A stretch of DNA of 64,000 nt from Strigamia acuminata (lineage: Eukaryota): positions 33,232,001 through 33,296,000 of the forward strand of contig OX442314.1 of assembly GCA_949358305.1 (NCBI GenBank), read 5' to 3'. The notes below the pieces were generated by a model, which ran no database searches, was not told the DNA's origin, and saw only the letters and a list, made by a program, of their open reading frames with translations. The translations under genes and the position numbers were made by a program. Positions within the stretch are counted from its first letter, which is position 1, and every line of letters starts with the position of its first letter. This document shows positions 10,526 through 25,000 of the stretch, one piece after another.

Positions 10526-13500
10526 TCAATTCGGTGGGAAACCATAAAAGTCCGTTTGTTTCCTGTTTCGGACTGGTCGAGGGCTAAGCGCTGAAGGAAC
10601 TGGAGCACTCGAGCCAGCAATTGCAGGTGGCGATGGCGCACGAACGGGCAGCGGTGGTGCATGTGTTGGCACAACATTCTGTGGTACGACAGCTGGTGGA
10701 ATGACGAGTGGTGGATCAAGCACGGGCACAGGCGGTGCAGTCGGCGGTGAAGTGAGTGCAAAAGGGAGCAGGGAACTTCTACAATCTTTCCCCCCATTTT
10801 GTGGCAACAAACTCGGATCCGCGCGACGTCGCAACTGGTCAATGTGGCGATTCCACGTCACATCAAGGGCAACTTCTACGTCGTACGTGGATGAGGAAGT
10901 TTTCTTCTTTATTATTCCTGGAATCCACTTAGGCGTACCGCGATAATCTCGAGCAAACACGAGATCCCCAACGTCGAAACGGCGCGGAATGTCAATCTGG
11001 TCGACATCAGGCAATAGTCGTGGGTTCAGCAAGTGTAGTCGAGTTCGGATTTCACGTTGAAGAAAGGCGGCAGCTGGTGTAACTTTCGTCGTGGCGTGAG
11101 GTGTTGAGCGATACGATGAGATAAAGCGTGATACGGCATCCGACAAGGAGAAATTTAAGGTTAGAAATTTATCAACTTGATTTTTAAAAGTCTTCACAAA
11201 ACCCTCAACCGCGCCATTTGTAGCTGGATGGTATGGCGGTGAGAGAGTGTGACGAATTCCATTTATCGCCAAGAACTGGCGAAATTCCTGCGAGGTGAAC
11301 TGTGGCCCGTTGTCGGTATGGAAATGCAATGGCAAACCGTGATTTTCGAACCAAGACTTGATTACTTCAATGGTGGCGGCAGCAGTGGTTTTAGTCATCT
11401 TGCGAACTTCGCACCACTTGGTTTTTGCGTCAACCGCCAGCAGGAACATCGCGTTGTGGAATGGGCCGGCGAAATCGAGATGTACCCGTCCCCACACCTG
11501 GTCTGGAACTGGCCAACTGACAGTGTTTGATTTTGGCGGATCGGGCAAGCTTCGCTGGCATACATCGCAATTCTTAACTGTGCGCTCGATGTCAGCGTCG
11601 ATTCTAGGCCACCAAACCGTGGCTCGCGCCAACGATTTGGTACGGACAATGCCGTAATGACCCGCATGGAGCTCGACCAACACCGAACGACTAACAGCTT
11701 TCGGAATCACCAACCTGTCGGAGAGAAATAAATATTCATCAAAGGTTGAGAATGAGTCTCGCTGTTTATAAAATTCAGCAACATCCAACGTCCGCGATTC
11801 CCATCCGGTGCGAACATGTCGCAAAACAGCTTGCAATACTTCATCAGCTGCATATGCAGCTTTGAGAGAAGTAGCAGTCATGGGAAAATCTGAAATGAGA
11901 GTTGAATAAATTTTGTTAATGCCGACTTCCAAATCTTCTTTGCTGTCCACACTCGGTTGTGGATTACGAGACAAGCCATCGGCAATGGCGTTGTCCACAG
12001 CAGGCACGTGTTCAATTACGAAATCATATGCGGATAAAAATACCGCCCAACGATGCAGTCGTGCAGCCACGATCTGATTACATCCCTTTTTCTCTCCGAA
12101 TATCGAGACAAGGGATTTGTGGTCCGTACGCAGAAAGAAACAACGCCCAAACAGGTAGTGGTGGAATTTTCTTATGCCATAAATAATGGCGAATCCCTCA
12201 CGCTCTATCTGTGCGTAGTTCTTCTGCGCGGCCGACAAAAGAGAACTTGCAAAGGCAATTGGCCTGTGAGTACCGTCTGGATCGAGGTGCGACAAGAACG
12301 CTCCCACGCCTACCGGGGAAGCATCGACTGTCAGAAACAATTTTTTAGACTGATCAAAGTGAACCAACGCTGACTCTGTGGATACTGCAACCTTAACCTT
12401 TTTCCATGTGGACTCGTGCTCCTCTGTCCACTTCCACTCGACATCGTCACGTGTTAAACGATATAACGGTTCGAGCAGAGTAGACAAATTTGCAACAAAG
12501 CGACCGTAGTAATTGATGAGACCAAGGAACGATTTCAAAGAGGTTACATCACTGGGGCGCGTTGCATCTCGTAAAGGAGCGAGTTTGGAATCTATCGGGG
12601 AAATGCCATGTTTAGAAATATTCAAACCTAGGAACTGGATCGACCGTTGCATAAAGCGACACTTCCGGCGATTCAAAGTACGCCCGGCTCCGCCGAATGT
12701 CGACAGGAGCACATCCAAGTTTTGCAGGTGAACTGTGTTAGTCACACCTGTCACGGCAGAATCATCGATAAACGGCTGAGCGCTGTTCACCTTGGCGGTC
12801 AACTGGTCCATCGTTTGTTGGAATAGAGCGGGAGCGGATGAAATTCCATAAAACAACCTATTTACTCTAAAAAGGCCCAAATGCGTATTAATCGTACAGG
12901 ACATTTTACTCTCCTCATCTAGTTCCAGTTGATTAAAAGCTGAATTCATATCTAATACTGAATAAGTTCCCCCCCCCCCCCGACAATTTGGCGGTCACAT
13001 CTGCAAATAAAGGCAAAGGATATGAGTTGGGAAAATTAGCTTTGTTAATTGTCCGATTATAGCAACCAGCCAATTTGATGGTGCCATCAGACTTTTTAAC
13101 ATGCATCACGGGCGTTGCCCAACGTGATGATGCAACTGGGGAAATAATACCGAGCGCTTGCAAACGCGCTAACTCAGCCTCGACCAATGGCTTAACTGCT
13201 ATGGGGACTGGATAAGCTTTTAGAAAAATCGGCTGCACCGTTGGATCAACGTCAATGTGGACTGTGGACTTGTTAAAGCAACCAATTTCATCGCGGAAAG
13301 TGTGCTCGTGCTTCAGCAACAACGTTTCCAAAGCTTTGGCGGAAGTGGAATCGAGAACCTCGGGCTGAGTTGCAATGGGATCGACCTTGTAGATTTTCGC
13401 GCCGACCGCTTCAGCAGTTTTCGAAAAGAGCCCGAACATGCATAACCAACCTCTGCCCAACAACGGAACTGGACCATCCCGTGCGACACAGAGTGGCAAT

Positions 13501-14615
13501 TGAAAATTACGATTTTTGAACCTGACTGGAACTTCAATAACTCCCTCCATCTGTATTTGGTCGCCTGTGTACGTGTACATGTTGCACGGGATGGTCTGCA
13601 ATGGAAAATGAGAGAAATGTTTTAGATATAAATCAAGAGCAATAATTGAAGCACCTGCCCCCGTGTCCATCTCCATATCGAGATTGACACCATCGATACA
13701 AATGGTAATCATGACTGGCTTCACACGTGGCAAATGCACGGAATTAACTGCAGTTGCAGGACTAGTGTGAACTCGATAGAAATCCATGTCCTCGTTAAAA
13801 CGAACAACGTGAGTGGAATCCGATGCTGGAACACGAGAACGACACACCGGACGAATATGTCCAGTTTTACCACAGCCGTGGCACTTGGCGTCCCGAAAAC
13901 GACACGCATCGCGAGAATGGTCTGATTTACTACAAGCTAAGCACCCGGACGCATTTCCTTTACTGGATGGTCGGTGTGGTACAGGGAAAGCAGCATTTTT
14001 CTTCGTAAAGCGCTTCCCGCTTCGCTTGTTCGGCTCGTATCGCGGTTTTGACTCGTGGAGTTTGTGCACAGGAGTGGCGTTGGTATTTTGGGCAGCAATA
14101 GTTGAAAACTCCTTCGATGACACCTCAGCGGAAGCCGCAAAAGAAACAGCGTCGTCGAAAGTCAAATCAGTTTTCAGGGTTAACGCTTGTTGGACCTGCT
14201 CGTTTTGCAGGCCACACAAAAATCGATTCCGCAGCTCGTCTGCTTTATTTTCTTTGAAGTCGCAATTCATGGCGAGCTCCTGCAGAACCACGGCATAGTC
14301 GGTAACCGATTCACCTGGCAGGCGATCGCGCCGGTGAAATCGTCGAATTTCAGCCAAAGTAAGCGGCTTCGGGCGGGCGTTCTTCTGCACGAGCGCTACC
14401 AATTCTTTGTATTTCAGTTCAGCCGGCTTTTTGGGTGCTGCAAGCGACACCAAAAGCTTAAACGTCGGCATTCCCACGTACGAAATCAGCGTATGGACCT
14501 GCTCCGTATCATCAACTATTTTGTTGCAGGCGAAAATACTCGCCATACGCAAACAATACAGTTCCCAGTCATCGTTGGGATCGTATTCGCGAGGTGTGCC
14601 TTTCAACGTCGACAT
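10526..14615 (-). CDS. Single Gag-Pol polyprotein of B, split by a frameshift in a G13 run (12969-12981)
   Basis: Two CCHC knuckles, MDTGA protease, FIDD RT, VDAS RNase H, HHCC plus DDE integrase (HLDFAG, TDNG, NGAVE); the two ORFs 12933-14615 and 10526-12949 meet at the homopolymer. Confidence 0.92.
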
Positions 14616-14806
14616 CTTGATGGCAAGGAGACGGAATACAGCAGCAAAAACGCGAAAATTCGAAGCACAAAACGACTAGGCCTACTTCGGGGACGGCGTG
14701 GTCAGCGACGATCAAAAACGGCCAAAAAGTTCATCAAAAGTTCAAAAACTCACAAATAAAGTTGATACGATACCGCATCTGGTAGTGGGTCGTCGATTGC
14801 GATCCC

Positions 14807-14817
14807 CCTCGTCGCCA
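14807..14817 (-). promoter_or_regulatory. PBS of element B, tRNA-Ser(GCU)-like
   Basis: TGGCGACGAGG, complementary to ...CCTCGTCGCCA. Confidence 0.7.
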
Positions 14818-15147
14818 ATTATTGTGTTCGTATGATTTGATGAATGATGGTCAAGAAAGACAACATGTCGGCCATAGTAAACTAAACTGACTGATTTATT
14901 GTCGAATTACAATATAGGTGGCGCTGCTCTTAAAAGCGCCAAAACATAACGATTGGTCAAGATTGACCGATGGAGTAAGACACTCCAATCTTTACGCTAT
15001 TGACAAGAAGCGCAATCACCTGAAAATCTGGTTTTATTGGGGATTTCGAGATTCATGTTAGGGAAATGTTTACTGAAGAAAAAACTGGTATCAAACGGTA
15101 AATAATTACTTAGCGTCTTTAAACGATTACTAATTGTTAATTTTTAG

Positions 15148-15428
<281 letters not shown>

Positions 15429-15695
15429 CGAAGGTGTGTGACCCTGAAAAGACCAAGATAAGTGTTAATTGTACAACACATTTGACTTTCCGCATCTAAA
15501 TCCAGCTGGTTATAAGCGGAAGTCATGTCCAAAATGGAGTACGTTTCTTCACCGGACAGTTTGGCAGTAATATTGGCAAATAATGGCAGTGGATACAAAT
15601 TCGAAAGAATGGCTTTGTTAATGGTCCTGTTGTAACATCCGGCCAACTTGATGGTTCCATCAGTCTTCTTCACGTGCATCACAGGAGTCGCCCAG

Positions 15696-16479
15696 TAGGG
15701 ATTGCAGTACCGGACGGTTTTTATGCTACCGGTATTCGGTACTGACATTTTTTCCGGTACTATATTCGGTTCCGGTACCGAATGAAAAATGAGCACCGGT
15801 ATTAGGCCGGTACTACTACCGAGAGCGGTACTGGCACCGGTATTGGTATCGGTTCTGGATAGTCAATCCATTTCTCAACAAAAATATTTATTTGTCATGT
15901 ATAATTAGATAATACTGTAGTACTACAATTTACTCTTGAAAATATGAACGTAAAAAGCACAATGAATCCAGAGACTGATCACCCAAGCGGCTACTTATCT
16001 TGGTGCAGAAAATTCCAGCTGACGAAAATGCCCGTTCCATCTCTTTAATAAACTTTACAACTTTACAAGTGACCATCACATGACGTTGTGAAATAGTTCC
16101 ACACGGGATTTTTGTTTATAGAAACTTCCGGCGTAGACACTTCCAGAGTAGGAATTTCCGGATTTTGTCCTAGTTCAGCCATTTGCCATTATTACTATTT
16201 CCAAGTTAATTTAAAAAGAGAAACTAACGAGTGAAATAAAATTTGTCACCTCCTACATCATTAGAAATGCTGGTAGTAGGTGGCGTTGTTGTGTCGTTAA
16301 TGATGATGGAAAGTACCGGTTCCCGTGTGAGGGACGGTTCCGGTACCAAGAAAAGCTTACGGTACTAGTACCGGCCCTCAGTACCGACAGAAAAAAACCT
16401 CGGTACCAAGAACTGGTACTGAATCCCGGTACCAATACCGGTACTGGAACCGATACTGAAACCGGTACTGCAATCCCTA
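15696..16479. mobile_element. Non-autonomous hAT-type MITE
   Basis: Perfect 18-bp TIR TAGGGATTGCAGTACCGG; 8-bp TSD TCGCCCAG (15688-15695, 16480-16487); many subterminal (A)CCGGTA repeats. Confidence 0.93.
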
Positions 16480-16928
16480 TCGCCCAGCGCAATGACGCGA
16501 CCGGTGTAATAATGCCGAGTGACTGGAGTCTTGCCAATTCAGTCTCGACCAACGACTTCATTGCGGTGGGAACCGGATATGCCTTTAAAAAGATGGGCTG
16601 CACTGCAGGATCAATTTCAATGTGTACCTGAGATGAATTTAAACAACCAATTTCGTCTCTAAATATGTGCTCGTGCTTTCACAACACGGAGTCCAGTTTC
16701 TTTTTGGTGGCAGCATCAAAGACAGCGGCCTCGGAGGCAATTGTGTCTACTTTGTTGATTTTCGTTGTTGACTGCTTCAGCTGTTTTAGAAAGCAAACCG
16801 AACAAGCACAGCCATCCTCTCCCCAACAATGCTACAGGACCATCCTGTGGGAAGCAGAGCGGTAACAGGAAATTACCGTCTTTATAAGTGACTGGCACCT
16901 CGATGATTCCTTCCATGGGGATCTGCTG

Positions 16929-17130
16929 TAGACCTGTGCGCCGAGCTCAATTTTTCGGCGGCGGCTCGTTTCGGCTGATCGCCACGAGATAGCGGCGGCT
17001 TGGATCCGGCTCCTTCGCAGGGGCCGGCGGCTGGCGGCTCAGCCGATCCAATACGGTATCAGCGGCGGCCAGTCGGCTGATCGGCTCAGCCGAAATTTTG
17101 GCTTTAAAAACCAAAAAAAAAAACCCCCGA
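16929..17130. mobile_element. One end of a second hAT-like element, at a deletion in B2
   Basis: Starts TAGACCTGTGCGCCG; GC-rich CGGCGGC/GCCGAT subterminal repeats; second TIR and TSD not found. Confidence 0.5.
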
Positions 17131-19812
17131 TTCTGATCAGTCTGGACGCGATAGAAGGTCAAATCGTCCAATACGCCAACAGCGTGAGTCGTGGTGGTGT
17201 GTTGCGCTGACGAGCGACAAACTGGGCAAATGTGGCCTGTTTTGCCACAGCCATGACATTTGGCATCTCGAAAACGGTACGAATTACGAGAGTGGTTGTT
17301 CTTGCCACACGCCGAACATGCAGACACCTTTCCTTTTCGATTGGATGGCTGCTGCGGGGCTGGAAACACGGTGGTGCTCTTCGTGGGACGTTTACCACCT
17401 CCTCTATTCCCATCGTAACGTGGTTTCGACTCGTTTACTTTGTGCACCAAAGTGGTTGGCGCAGACGTGGCTGCAATGTCCGAAAATTCTGTGGAGGAGA
17501 TTTCTGCAGAAGCTGCAAACTCCACAGCCGTGTCAAACATCAAATTTTCCTTCAAAGTTGGCGCTTGTTGAATCTGCTCGTTCTTTAGTCCGCACAGAAA
17601 ACGATTTCGCAACTCGTCGGACTTATTTCCAAACTCACAGTTCTTGGCTAACTCTTGCAACAAAATCGAATTAAGACAGCTTCCGGTTTACATAAAACGA
17701 CCAAAACTCTCACAAAAATGTTTTATTTAAAAATTTAAAAAAAAATTTTACATTTTGTTTAGTATATTAAAAAAAAATACGGTAATAATATTGTAGATAG
17801 AGATTTTTCATTTGAATAAAAAGTTAACTTTAAAATTAATAGGTTTTTTTTATATTCAATTTTAGCAATTTGAAATTTAAATTTTTCGTCCAAATTTTTT
17901 CAATTTTCTTTTTCGTGTAAAAGAAGGTTTATTTATGTATTGTCCTTTCGGGTTTTATCACACTCGTCATCATCAAGCCAGTATTTTTGAACAATTTTTG
18001 CGTAATCAAAGTCCATCAAAGTGCACTGTATTGAGAAGTAATGACACGTGGAATTTAACCAATCACCACCGCCCAGACGTTAAGCCCTTATTCGCTATTT
18101 CCCATGATTCAGTTCTGCTTCCTTTCCTAAGTGTCTGTGGCGTCGTTTCAGGCTGCTCAAACTTTAAAGAAATTCTCCCAGATATCTTCCGGATCGTTTA
18201 CCATCGGATCCAGTATTGTGTGTGGGAACATTCATCAGGTTCGCAGCGATGTTATTTCGATGTTTTAGCAAAGTTTTGATCGATTCATCTGGTGTTAAAA
18301 TGTTCCATTTGTTTCCGAAGTTTTTCGTTCCGCCATTTTTATGTTGGGCCAGGTTGATGGTAAGTTTTTGTTCAAACTCACCACCCAACTTCAAATTTTT
18401 ATATTTTTTATACTTTTATTATGGTTGTTTTATACAATATCAGTGTATTTAAAATTATTTGGGGACAGCAAATCCAACTCTCTACCTCCTCGTGGTTGTC
18501 CCTCGGCCACCGTTAACGGTGGTGCTGAATGAGAGCTCTGGTGTTCGGAATTTGGATTCTGATTTTTTTTAAATTTGCTTGTCGATTCAATTCATGTATT
18601 CTTGAAAACTTGAGGTGTAACTTGATCACCGCTGATTATTGAACCTACTGGTTTGGCGTTGCCGTCTCCGTTTAACGTTTTTTTTATTTTATTTTTATGG
18701 GTTTTGAAGTTTATTTGACAAATATTTTGGGTCCTGTAAGACTGCATTCCACTAAATGAGTGTAGCATTTACCTGATGTGTGGTATTATAAGATTGCATT
18801 CGATTTTATTGAATGAGTGTAAGCATTTATTAAAAATGGTGTTACATTATTATTTCTGGTTATTGCATTTTTTTTTTCATTCATATATTTTTTTAAACAT
18901 TTATTAATTTGACCGTTCCATCTGATTGTGGGATTTCAAGTGGTGGTTGATGTTTTTATAAATTAGTTTTGTACCGTACATATAAAATTCAGTGGAAATT
19001 TGGGCCCAGTTTGCCAATTTCGAGATTAATTCCGACGAATTCTTTAGTGGTGAAAATAATATTCAAAATAAATCAGGATCACCACATGCTGCCAAGAGCA
19101 CCAGTGCAGGCCTTTAAATACCTTAAGGCAGCCAGCTAAATGCACTAGGGGTGCCTAGTTGTTATGCAACCAGTCATAAGAACTGTGTCAGACGGGTTAG
19201 GGAGATTGCTTTGTGGAGGGATTGCTTGTCGAGAGATTGCCTATTCGAGGGATAGACTGTCGAGAGACTGCTACCCCATCGCTGGGATTGATGGCGAATT
19301 TGGCGAGGCCTTCAACTTTGCCCTCCTACCAGGGGTGTGCCTATAATTTTCACTCTCCTCTGAAGGTTGTCTGGTTTTTCTGATGAAGAATCAAGAGATT
19401 TAGATAAAGGGAAAAACAAGAATTAAACTTGCTGCTGGTTTCAGTAAACTGTCTTTCCAAAAGGAATTTGTGATGACTGTTACAGAATTTTTTGGCTAAG
19501 GAAATGTTTTTGGGTGATAAGGTGGCATAAGAATCAGTCCAAGAATAGGTCCGGAACTGGTTATGGGGGGGGGGGGAGCAATAGCGTGAAACGACGCACT
19601 CTTCACCATCACGTCGCGCCTTATTACGAGAGTCCTTGATAGCTTTGCGGGTAGGTCGATTACCGCCTCCTGCCATAACAGGAACTATATTATAAAAAGT
19701 GAATCAAATCAAATATAAATGATAAACAAATAAATTTTACATAAGGAACAAAAATCTCATAAAATCTAATTAAAGAATGACAACAAATAAGTATGAATTA
19801 ACTAAATTAATA

Positions 19813-20481
19813 CAGTCAAAGCTGCGTAGCCCGGACATAGCACCGTCCGGACAGCTGTGTGGTCCGGACAGGTTTGTCGGGACCCTGACCCAACCAATAA
19901 GGAGCAATGAAAAATTTGCTCTTCGGTCTGGACAGCTCTCTCTTCCGGATTCCGGACAAAGCGATGCGTCCCATATAGGGAAAAATCGCTGTGAAGTCCA
20001 GACAAAACCCGATTTTCTAATGAAACTAATTACAAAAAGAATTAAAAACACTAAAATTTAAATAAAAAATTAATTTATTGCAGTTTCACAAGGGTTAGAA
20101 AAGGAAATTTGCGTTAAAGGTATCTTTACGCCATGTGCACGTCGTAATGTGCATGTCTTCACCAACGTAGACATTACGTATTCTTAGCGATACTTTGCAT
20201 TTGCACTACCCTTTAGCGCAAAATTTCTGACAATAAACTTTAATTTTCATTTTTAATTTAATTTTTAGTGTTTAAAATTCTTTTTATTGTTTCTTTCATT
20301 AGAAAATTACATTATTTTGGATTCTTTTAACGTAGGGGAAATTGATTTTCTTTAACTCTCTTGTCCGGACATGTGGCATTTGTCCGGACGAGAGAGCGTA
20401 CGCGCCCAACAGAACGGACATTCCCTAGACCGGACAAGTTTCTGGGACCCGTCCTATGTCCGGGCTAAGCAGCTTTGACTG
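19813..20481. mobile_element. Tc1/mariner (pogo-like) MITE, largely palindromic
   Basis: 28-bp TIR CAGTCAAAGCTGC(G/T)TAGCCCGGACATAG; TA on both flanks; repeated TCCGGAC motifs; imperfect inner inverted arms. Confidence 0.9.
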
Positions 20482-20825
20482 TAAATGAAATTAGCAAAAT
20501 AATCATTATCCATCATGATTAATTAAAATAAAAATACAGTTAAAAACCACACACTGCCAGCACTCCTCTCACCAAATCACTTCCTAATTGTGACTCATCT
20601 GGCTGGTAATATTGACGACCAATTTTCTATCAATTCTTTTGGGATTCCCAGTGGGATTGTCCATAAATCTCGCTGCGATGAATGAGTTTTCAATTGGTTG
20701 GGAATATTTCCGGAAAAAATTGAAAATTTAACTTTTAAGTTTTTTAATGCCAGACATGGGTACGAACAATAAACATCAATACAGAAAAAAATAATAATTG
20801 GAAATAATTGTTCACGTGGTGTGGG

Positions 20826-20990
20826 TAGTATCATTTGGTGCTGGAGGCACAACACTTGATGAAAAATGACTGGACAGTCGTAGGTTCTTTCAGAGTGCGT
20901 TTGTTGTTGGCATTTGTAATATAAACGGCCAAACAGAATACAAAAAAACGCCTAATTACGAATTGTGTGAGGCAATTTCGGTTTTGGACC
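20826..20990. repeat. Dispersed ~170-bp repeat, with copies at about 39530-39660 and 61615-61768
   Basis: Shared CTTGA.GRAAAATGACTGGA...AAACAGAATA...AATTTCGGTTTTGGAC. Confidence 0.8.
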
Positions 20991-22069
20991 TGTGTGGTTA
21001 GACTTTCATGTTCTTTCTTAAAGATTGGCGATGGGTCAAATTGGCGATCGCGGAAAATGCGAGAAAACGGGCCGTGCGACGACGGGCCGTGCGACAACGG
21101 GCCTTACAAAAAAATGCAAAAAAATTGAAACAAAAAAAATTTTAAAAATTAAGAAATAAATTAAAAGATGAAAAATAAATTAAAAAATTGCAAAAAAAAA
21201 TTAAAAAGTAATGTAAAAATAAATTAAAAAAATTGAAAGAAAAAGAAAATAATTGAATACTCCATATAATTTTTAGAAAATAAAAAAAATGAACAATGGA
21301 AACAAAGGAACTAATGAAAATGCGCCAACGACTTGTTGCGCGCGAAAATGGCGGGGCGGCGTCTTCTCCCTCTTTACTCACAGACGGCGACTTGGTGTGT
21401 AGCAAATGTTGCTTCTTGCTTTTACATTCAAAGGTGGCTTTTACGAGTGACGGATTTTAGTTTGAAACCTTGTCACGTCGTAGTCGACTTTTTAACAATG
21501 GTTTCGGAAATTTAAGAATTTCCAGGGATTGTAATAACCAGAAAATTTAGGTTCGCAGGCGCTGCAACTCTTAAAACTTTGCCGGGGGTGGTAGCTAGGT
21601 TAAGACAGCGTCTATTCGTGAAATCTGTATTTTATGGGTGCAGGATTCAATTCGGGCGCCGTACAAAATGGCGAACGTTGATACTCGAATTTTAAGACCA
21701 AATATCGCTCTTCACTAGGGAAAATGTCGTCATATGCTAGGCGTACTTACGAAGAGTATGTTTCTTCTCCTGAACACGCGCAAACGTTGGGTGAACGCGC
21801 AAACAGGTACCAAACCGCAGACAACGTCGTCGAGCCGTCGATAATGAAATGAATACGCAATTGAGACGAGTATGAGTTCAAAATGTCTAGGCTGAGGAGG
21901 AAGTCACAGTCGTGGCATAAAATGTATTGACGAATTAAGACCGTCGAATACGCCTTTTTTCCAGCAATTCGTACGCAAATAATGGGCAAAATAATAAATG
22001 TTGTGGTTAGTTAGACTAACATGAGAATTCGGGCTGCATAATGACCGTATGCGTTGAGACGCAACATAA

Positions 22070-25000
22070 TCGCACTTGGAAACCTTCCAGTTTGAGACAG
22101 AAGATGTTGACTAGTCGAAGGCGAAAATTATTCTCTCTGTCAAAAATGTCTTGACAGAACAAGTCACCTCTGATCACATGTCAAAGGCCAAGTCAATTCC
22201 CAATGGGGACTGGGCAGAAAACAGGCGACCAGGGGTGAAATATGCAAATTTAGAGCGCGATTATATCAACTTATTGCAGAATTCTCATGAATTGTCTGGA
22301 TGGGGTGATTAAAACCAGGCCGAATTAAAGATAAATATCAAAAATAAGGAAAATAATATAAAATAAAATAATAAATTTAGATTTGGGAAAAATAAAATGA
22401 TTTAAAGAAATTAGAGCAATTTCTCAATAAAATTGGGGAAAATTCAAAGGAAAGGCGCAAAATGCGCTCAAAATTTTGAAAATTAATACTGTCTAAAGTC
22501 AGGACCGTGACATTCCCCCCCACCTAGATGTTTATTATATGGTTTTTATATAATCAACATCTAAATGGAGTTAACAAACATGATTGATAAAAATTTGAAC
22601 ATATAAATAAATAAAAATAATGAATCAACAATATTAATCTCATAATAAACATATAACACAGGTAGGGATTTATTTGGACAGACGCAACAGGCGCACAACT
22701 TGGCGCAATTACAGACAAGAACAAACAAATACAAACAAATGGGTTTAGGAGAGGAATATTGTAAAAAATCGTTTGATTAAAAATTAACAGAATCAATAGA
22801 CGTTTAGGCGCTAACTACGACTAAATTCTAAATAAAATAATAAAATTTGTTAAATTAGTTGATAACGCTTGAAATTAACAATGGTATTCTCTGTTATGAC
22901 TAGAAAATAATTTAAGATTAATTAACAATGCCTATGGGTGGCAAAATTTCTATAAAAATGTAAATTATTAGCAAATAAAAATATTGATTAGGCGCTGATT
23001 TGGCGTCAATTATCACAATATAAGGATAGCAAAATTTCAATGATCACAAATGGTTAATAAAAATGATTAGCAAAAATGATTAGTAAAATATAAATATCAA
23101 AAAATAAAAAGTTCGCAAACGAATATTATCTTCTTTCGTAGGCGTTTGAGTTTTCACGGAACTTTACGTAAAAAATCTTCATCGAGGCGCATAACAATCA
23201 CATTTTAAACAATTACAACACTTATCGTTTGTATCACAATTATCACAATAAAGTCCACACACAACAGTTCGTATATGGGTTTTTAGAAGGCGCAAAGTCA
23301 CTGTAAGTTCTGTTGTTTAGAAGTCGCGTAACACTTCCGGCTAATTCGGTTCACTCGGTAAAGGAAATGTCCAACATAATATTGTTTAATGATGGACAAC
23401 AATTTTTCGCCCGCGCTGTGGTCGAGTTGCAAGTCCGAAAAGATGATCGTTTCGAAAAGGCGCGTCAGAACACTCCAATCCACGACCAATTCGATTTTAG
23501 GCTCCCATGGCAACGAATAGAATATTTCGTCCACCGGAATAATCTCCTCCATGATCGCAAGGGCGCAAGTTGGCTCTACGAGACGTTTCTCCTTAGGTTT
23601 CGGCTCGACCGGTTCGCGCAAACTCTCACGTGTGACAACTTCGCCTGGATCGTCATCTTTTTCCTTTGGCGGTGTCAAAATCATTTTTGGCATCCTCGAC
23701 ATCAATGGCGATCGACGTCCACCCCTCGCACCGCCTCGTCCAACTCCAGGAAGTCTGAAAGGCTCGTCGACCTGAATTACCTCAATTTTGTTGTGTTCTT
23801 GGGCCGCCAGGAATGCTTTGTGGTTCTCTTCGTCGCCCGTTGACTCGCGAAGCGACTCGACATCCGACATTGAGTAATCCACATCCGATGATAACTCCGA
23901 GGCGAGTATTCCTGTGTCCGCCACGATTACGGGATCGTATCTGAATGAATATTTGGTTCGGGGATCTGCTAATTTCGGATTTTCGGCAATTGCGTCCTCA
24001 AATTGTTGCACCAATTTTTCAGGCGCCAACTCGATGAGAATCTTTTCTGAAAAGTTCTTAATTTCATCCTCCGTCATGATCAATTCTGGATCCAGTGGTG
24101 GTTTGGCGGGCGCATTTTTCTCGTCCTCAAGTCTCTGGGCCTCCCTGAGCGCGTCGGCCTCTCGAAATCGCTTGACGGCGTCGCGACGACTCTGATGCAT
24201 TTGGGTGATGATTTCTTTTAAATTAAAGTGCACGGCGTGCACAATAAGGTGATGCACCGCGTGCTCGTCTCCGGTACAGTCCTTTGTCATTTTCGCTTCA
24301 ATTTCCTTCGCGATGTTCCCGAGGCGTCCGAAAATCGTTCCGACGACCGTCTTGAAGTCCGAGGTGCTGACGTTGAAATCCAAATTAATCGACATCTTAA
24401 AAAGTTCGCTCCATCCCTCCGATCTCAGGTTGATTCGTCCTTGACCCCTGTTCTCCATGGGGTACAGTATCTCAAGCTCGTGGCGCCGGAATATTTCGGA
24501 CATCTGGGTGAAAATACGGTCTGGGCGCATTGTACATCCATTTCGGTCGAATCCCTGGAGATATCGTGGCTTTAGAGATGCGCATCCCTCCGACGACGTC
24601 GATCCGCTCGAGACCGCTGAAATGGCCTTAGCAATTGGATTCGAAACCTTGTTTTCCAATTTCTTGACGTCGTGGACCCTCGCGCACTCCTCCGCATCTC
24701 TCGCAATTTCGGCAGCGATATTCGCGATGGATGAAGATGGTGTAAAATTCAACAACGCTTTGATATCTCGGTCAACCTGTGGGGAAAAATCAGCTTTAAT
24801 TAGTTTTTTGTTAAAATCAGCAACCGTGTCCATTTGTGTGTTTGAAGTTGCAATTTTGGAGTACGTAATCGGCACCGATGTCGCAGCAATTGAAGTCATC
24901 ATCTTGGGCGTCACATTCGATTGAGTCACAGTGGTGACATCGACAGGTCGGGCAGCTTGGCTCGATTCGGACGTCTCAATCGAAGACGATTTGTTTTTTA

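Larger units (their letters stand above)
10200..14988 (-). mobile_element. Ty3/Gypsy retrotransposon B, Mag-clade-like, short LTRs
   Basis: About 170-bp LTRs at 10200-10370 and 14820-14988 (one internal substitution seen); PPT AAAGGGGA at 10371-10378; PBS TGGCGACGAGG; flanking repeat ATCTT/TCTTT. Confidence 0.93.
15429..17663 (-). mobile_element. Decayed Mag-like element B2 (gag-protease-RT fragment), paralogous to B
   Basis: Translations parallel B (ELRNRFLCGL, CHGCGKTGHIC, WATPVMHVKKTDGTIKLAGCY); no LTRs; two DNA-transposon insertions. Confidence 0.88.

Noticed and set aside
15700..16470. CRISPR-like array of ACCGGTA repeats
   Set aside because: Irregular short subterminal repeats inside a TIR/TSD-bounded MITE in a eukaryotic context.
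19106..19160. Helitron 3' end (hairpin + CTAG)
   Set aside because: Weak hairpin with wrong spacing; no 5' end or second copy.
19200..19272. ~15-bp degenerate tandem repeat (GAGRGATTGC)
   Set aside because: Five decayed units with no further context.
21110..21300. A-rich tracts (also 62455-62585 and 5400-6050)
   Set aside because: Low-complexity sequence with no supportable function.
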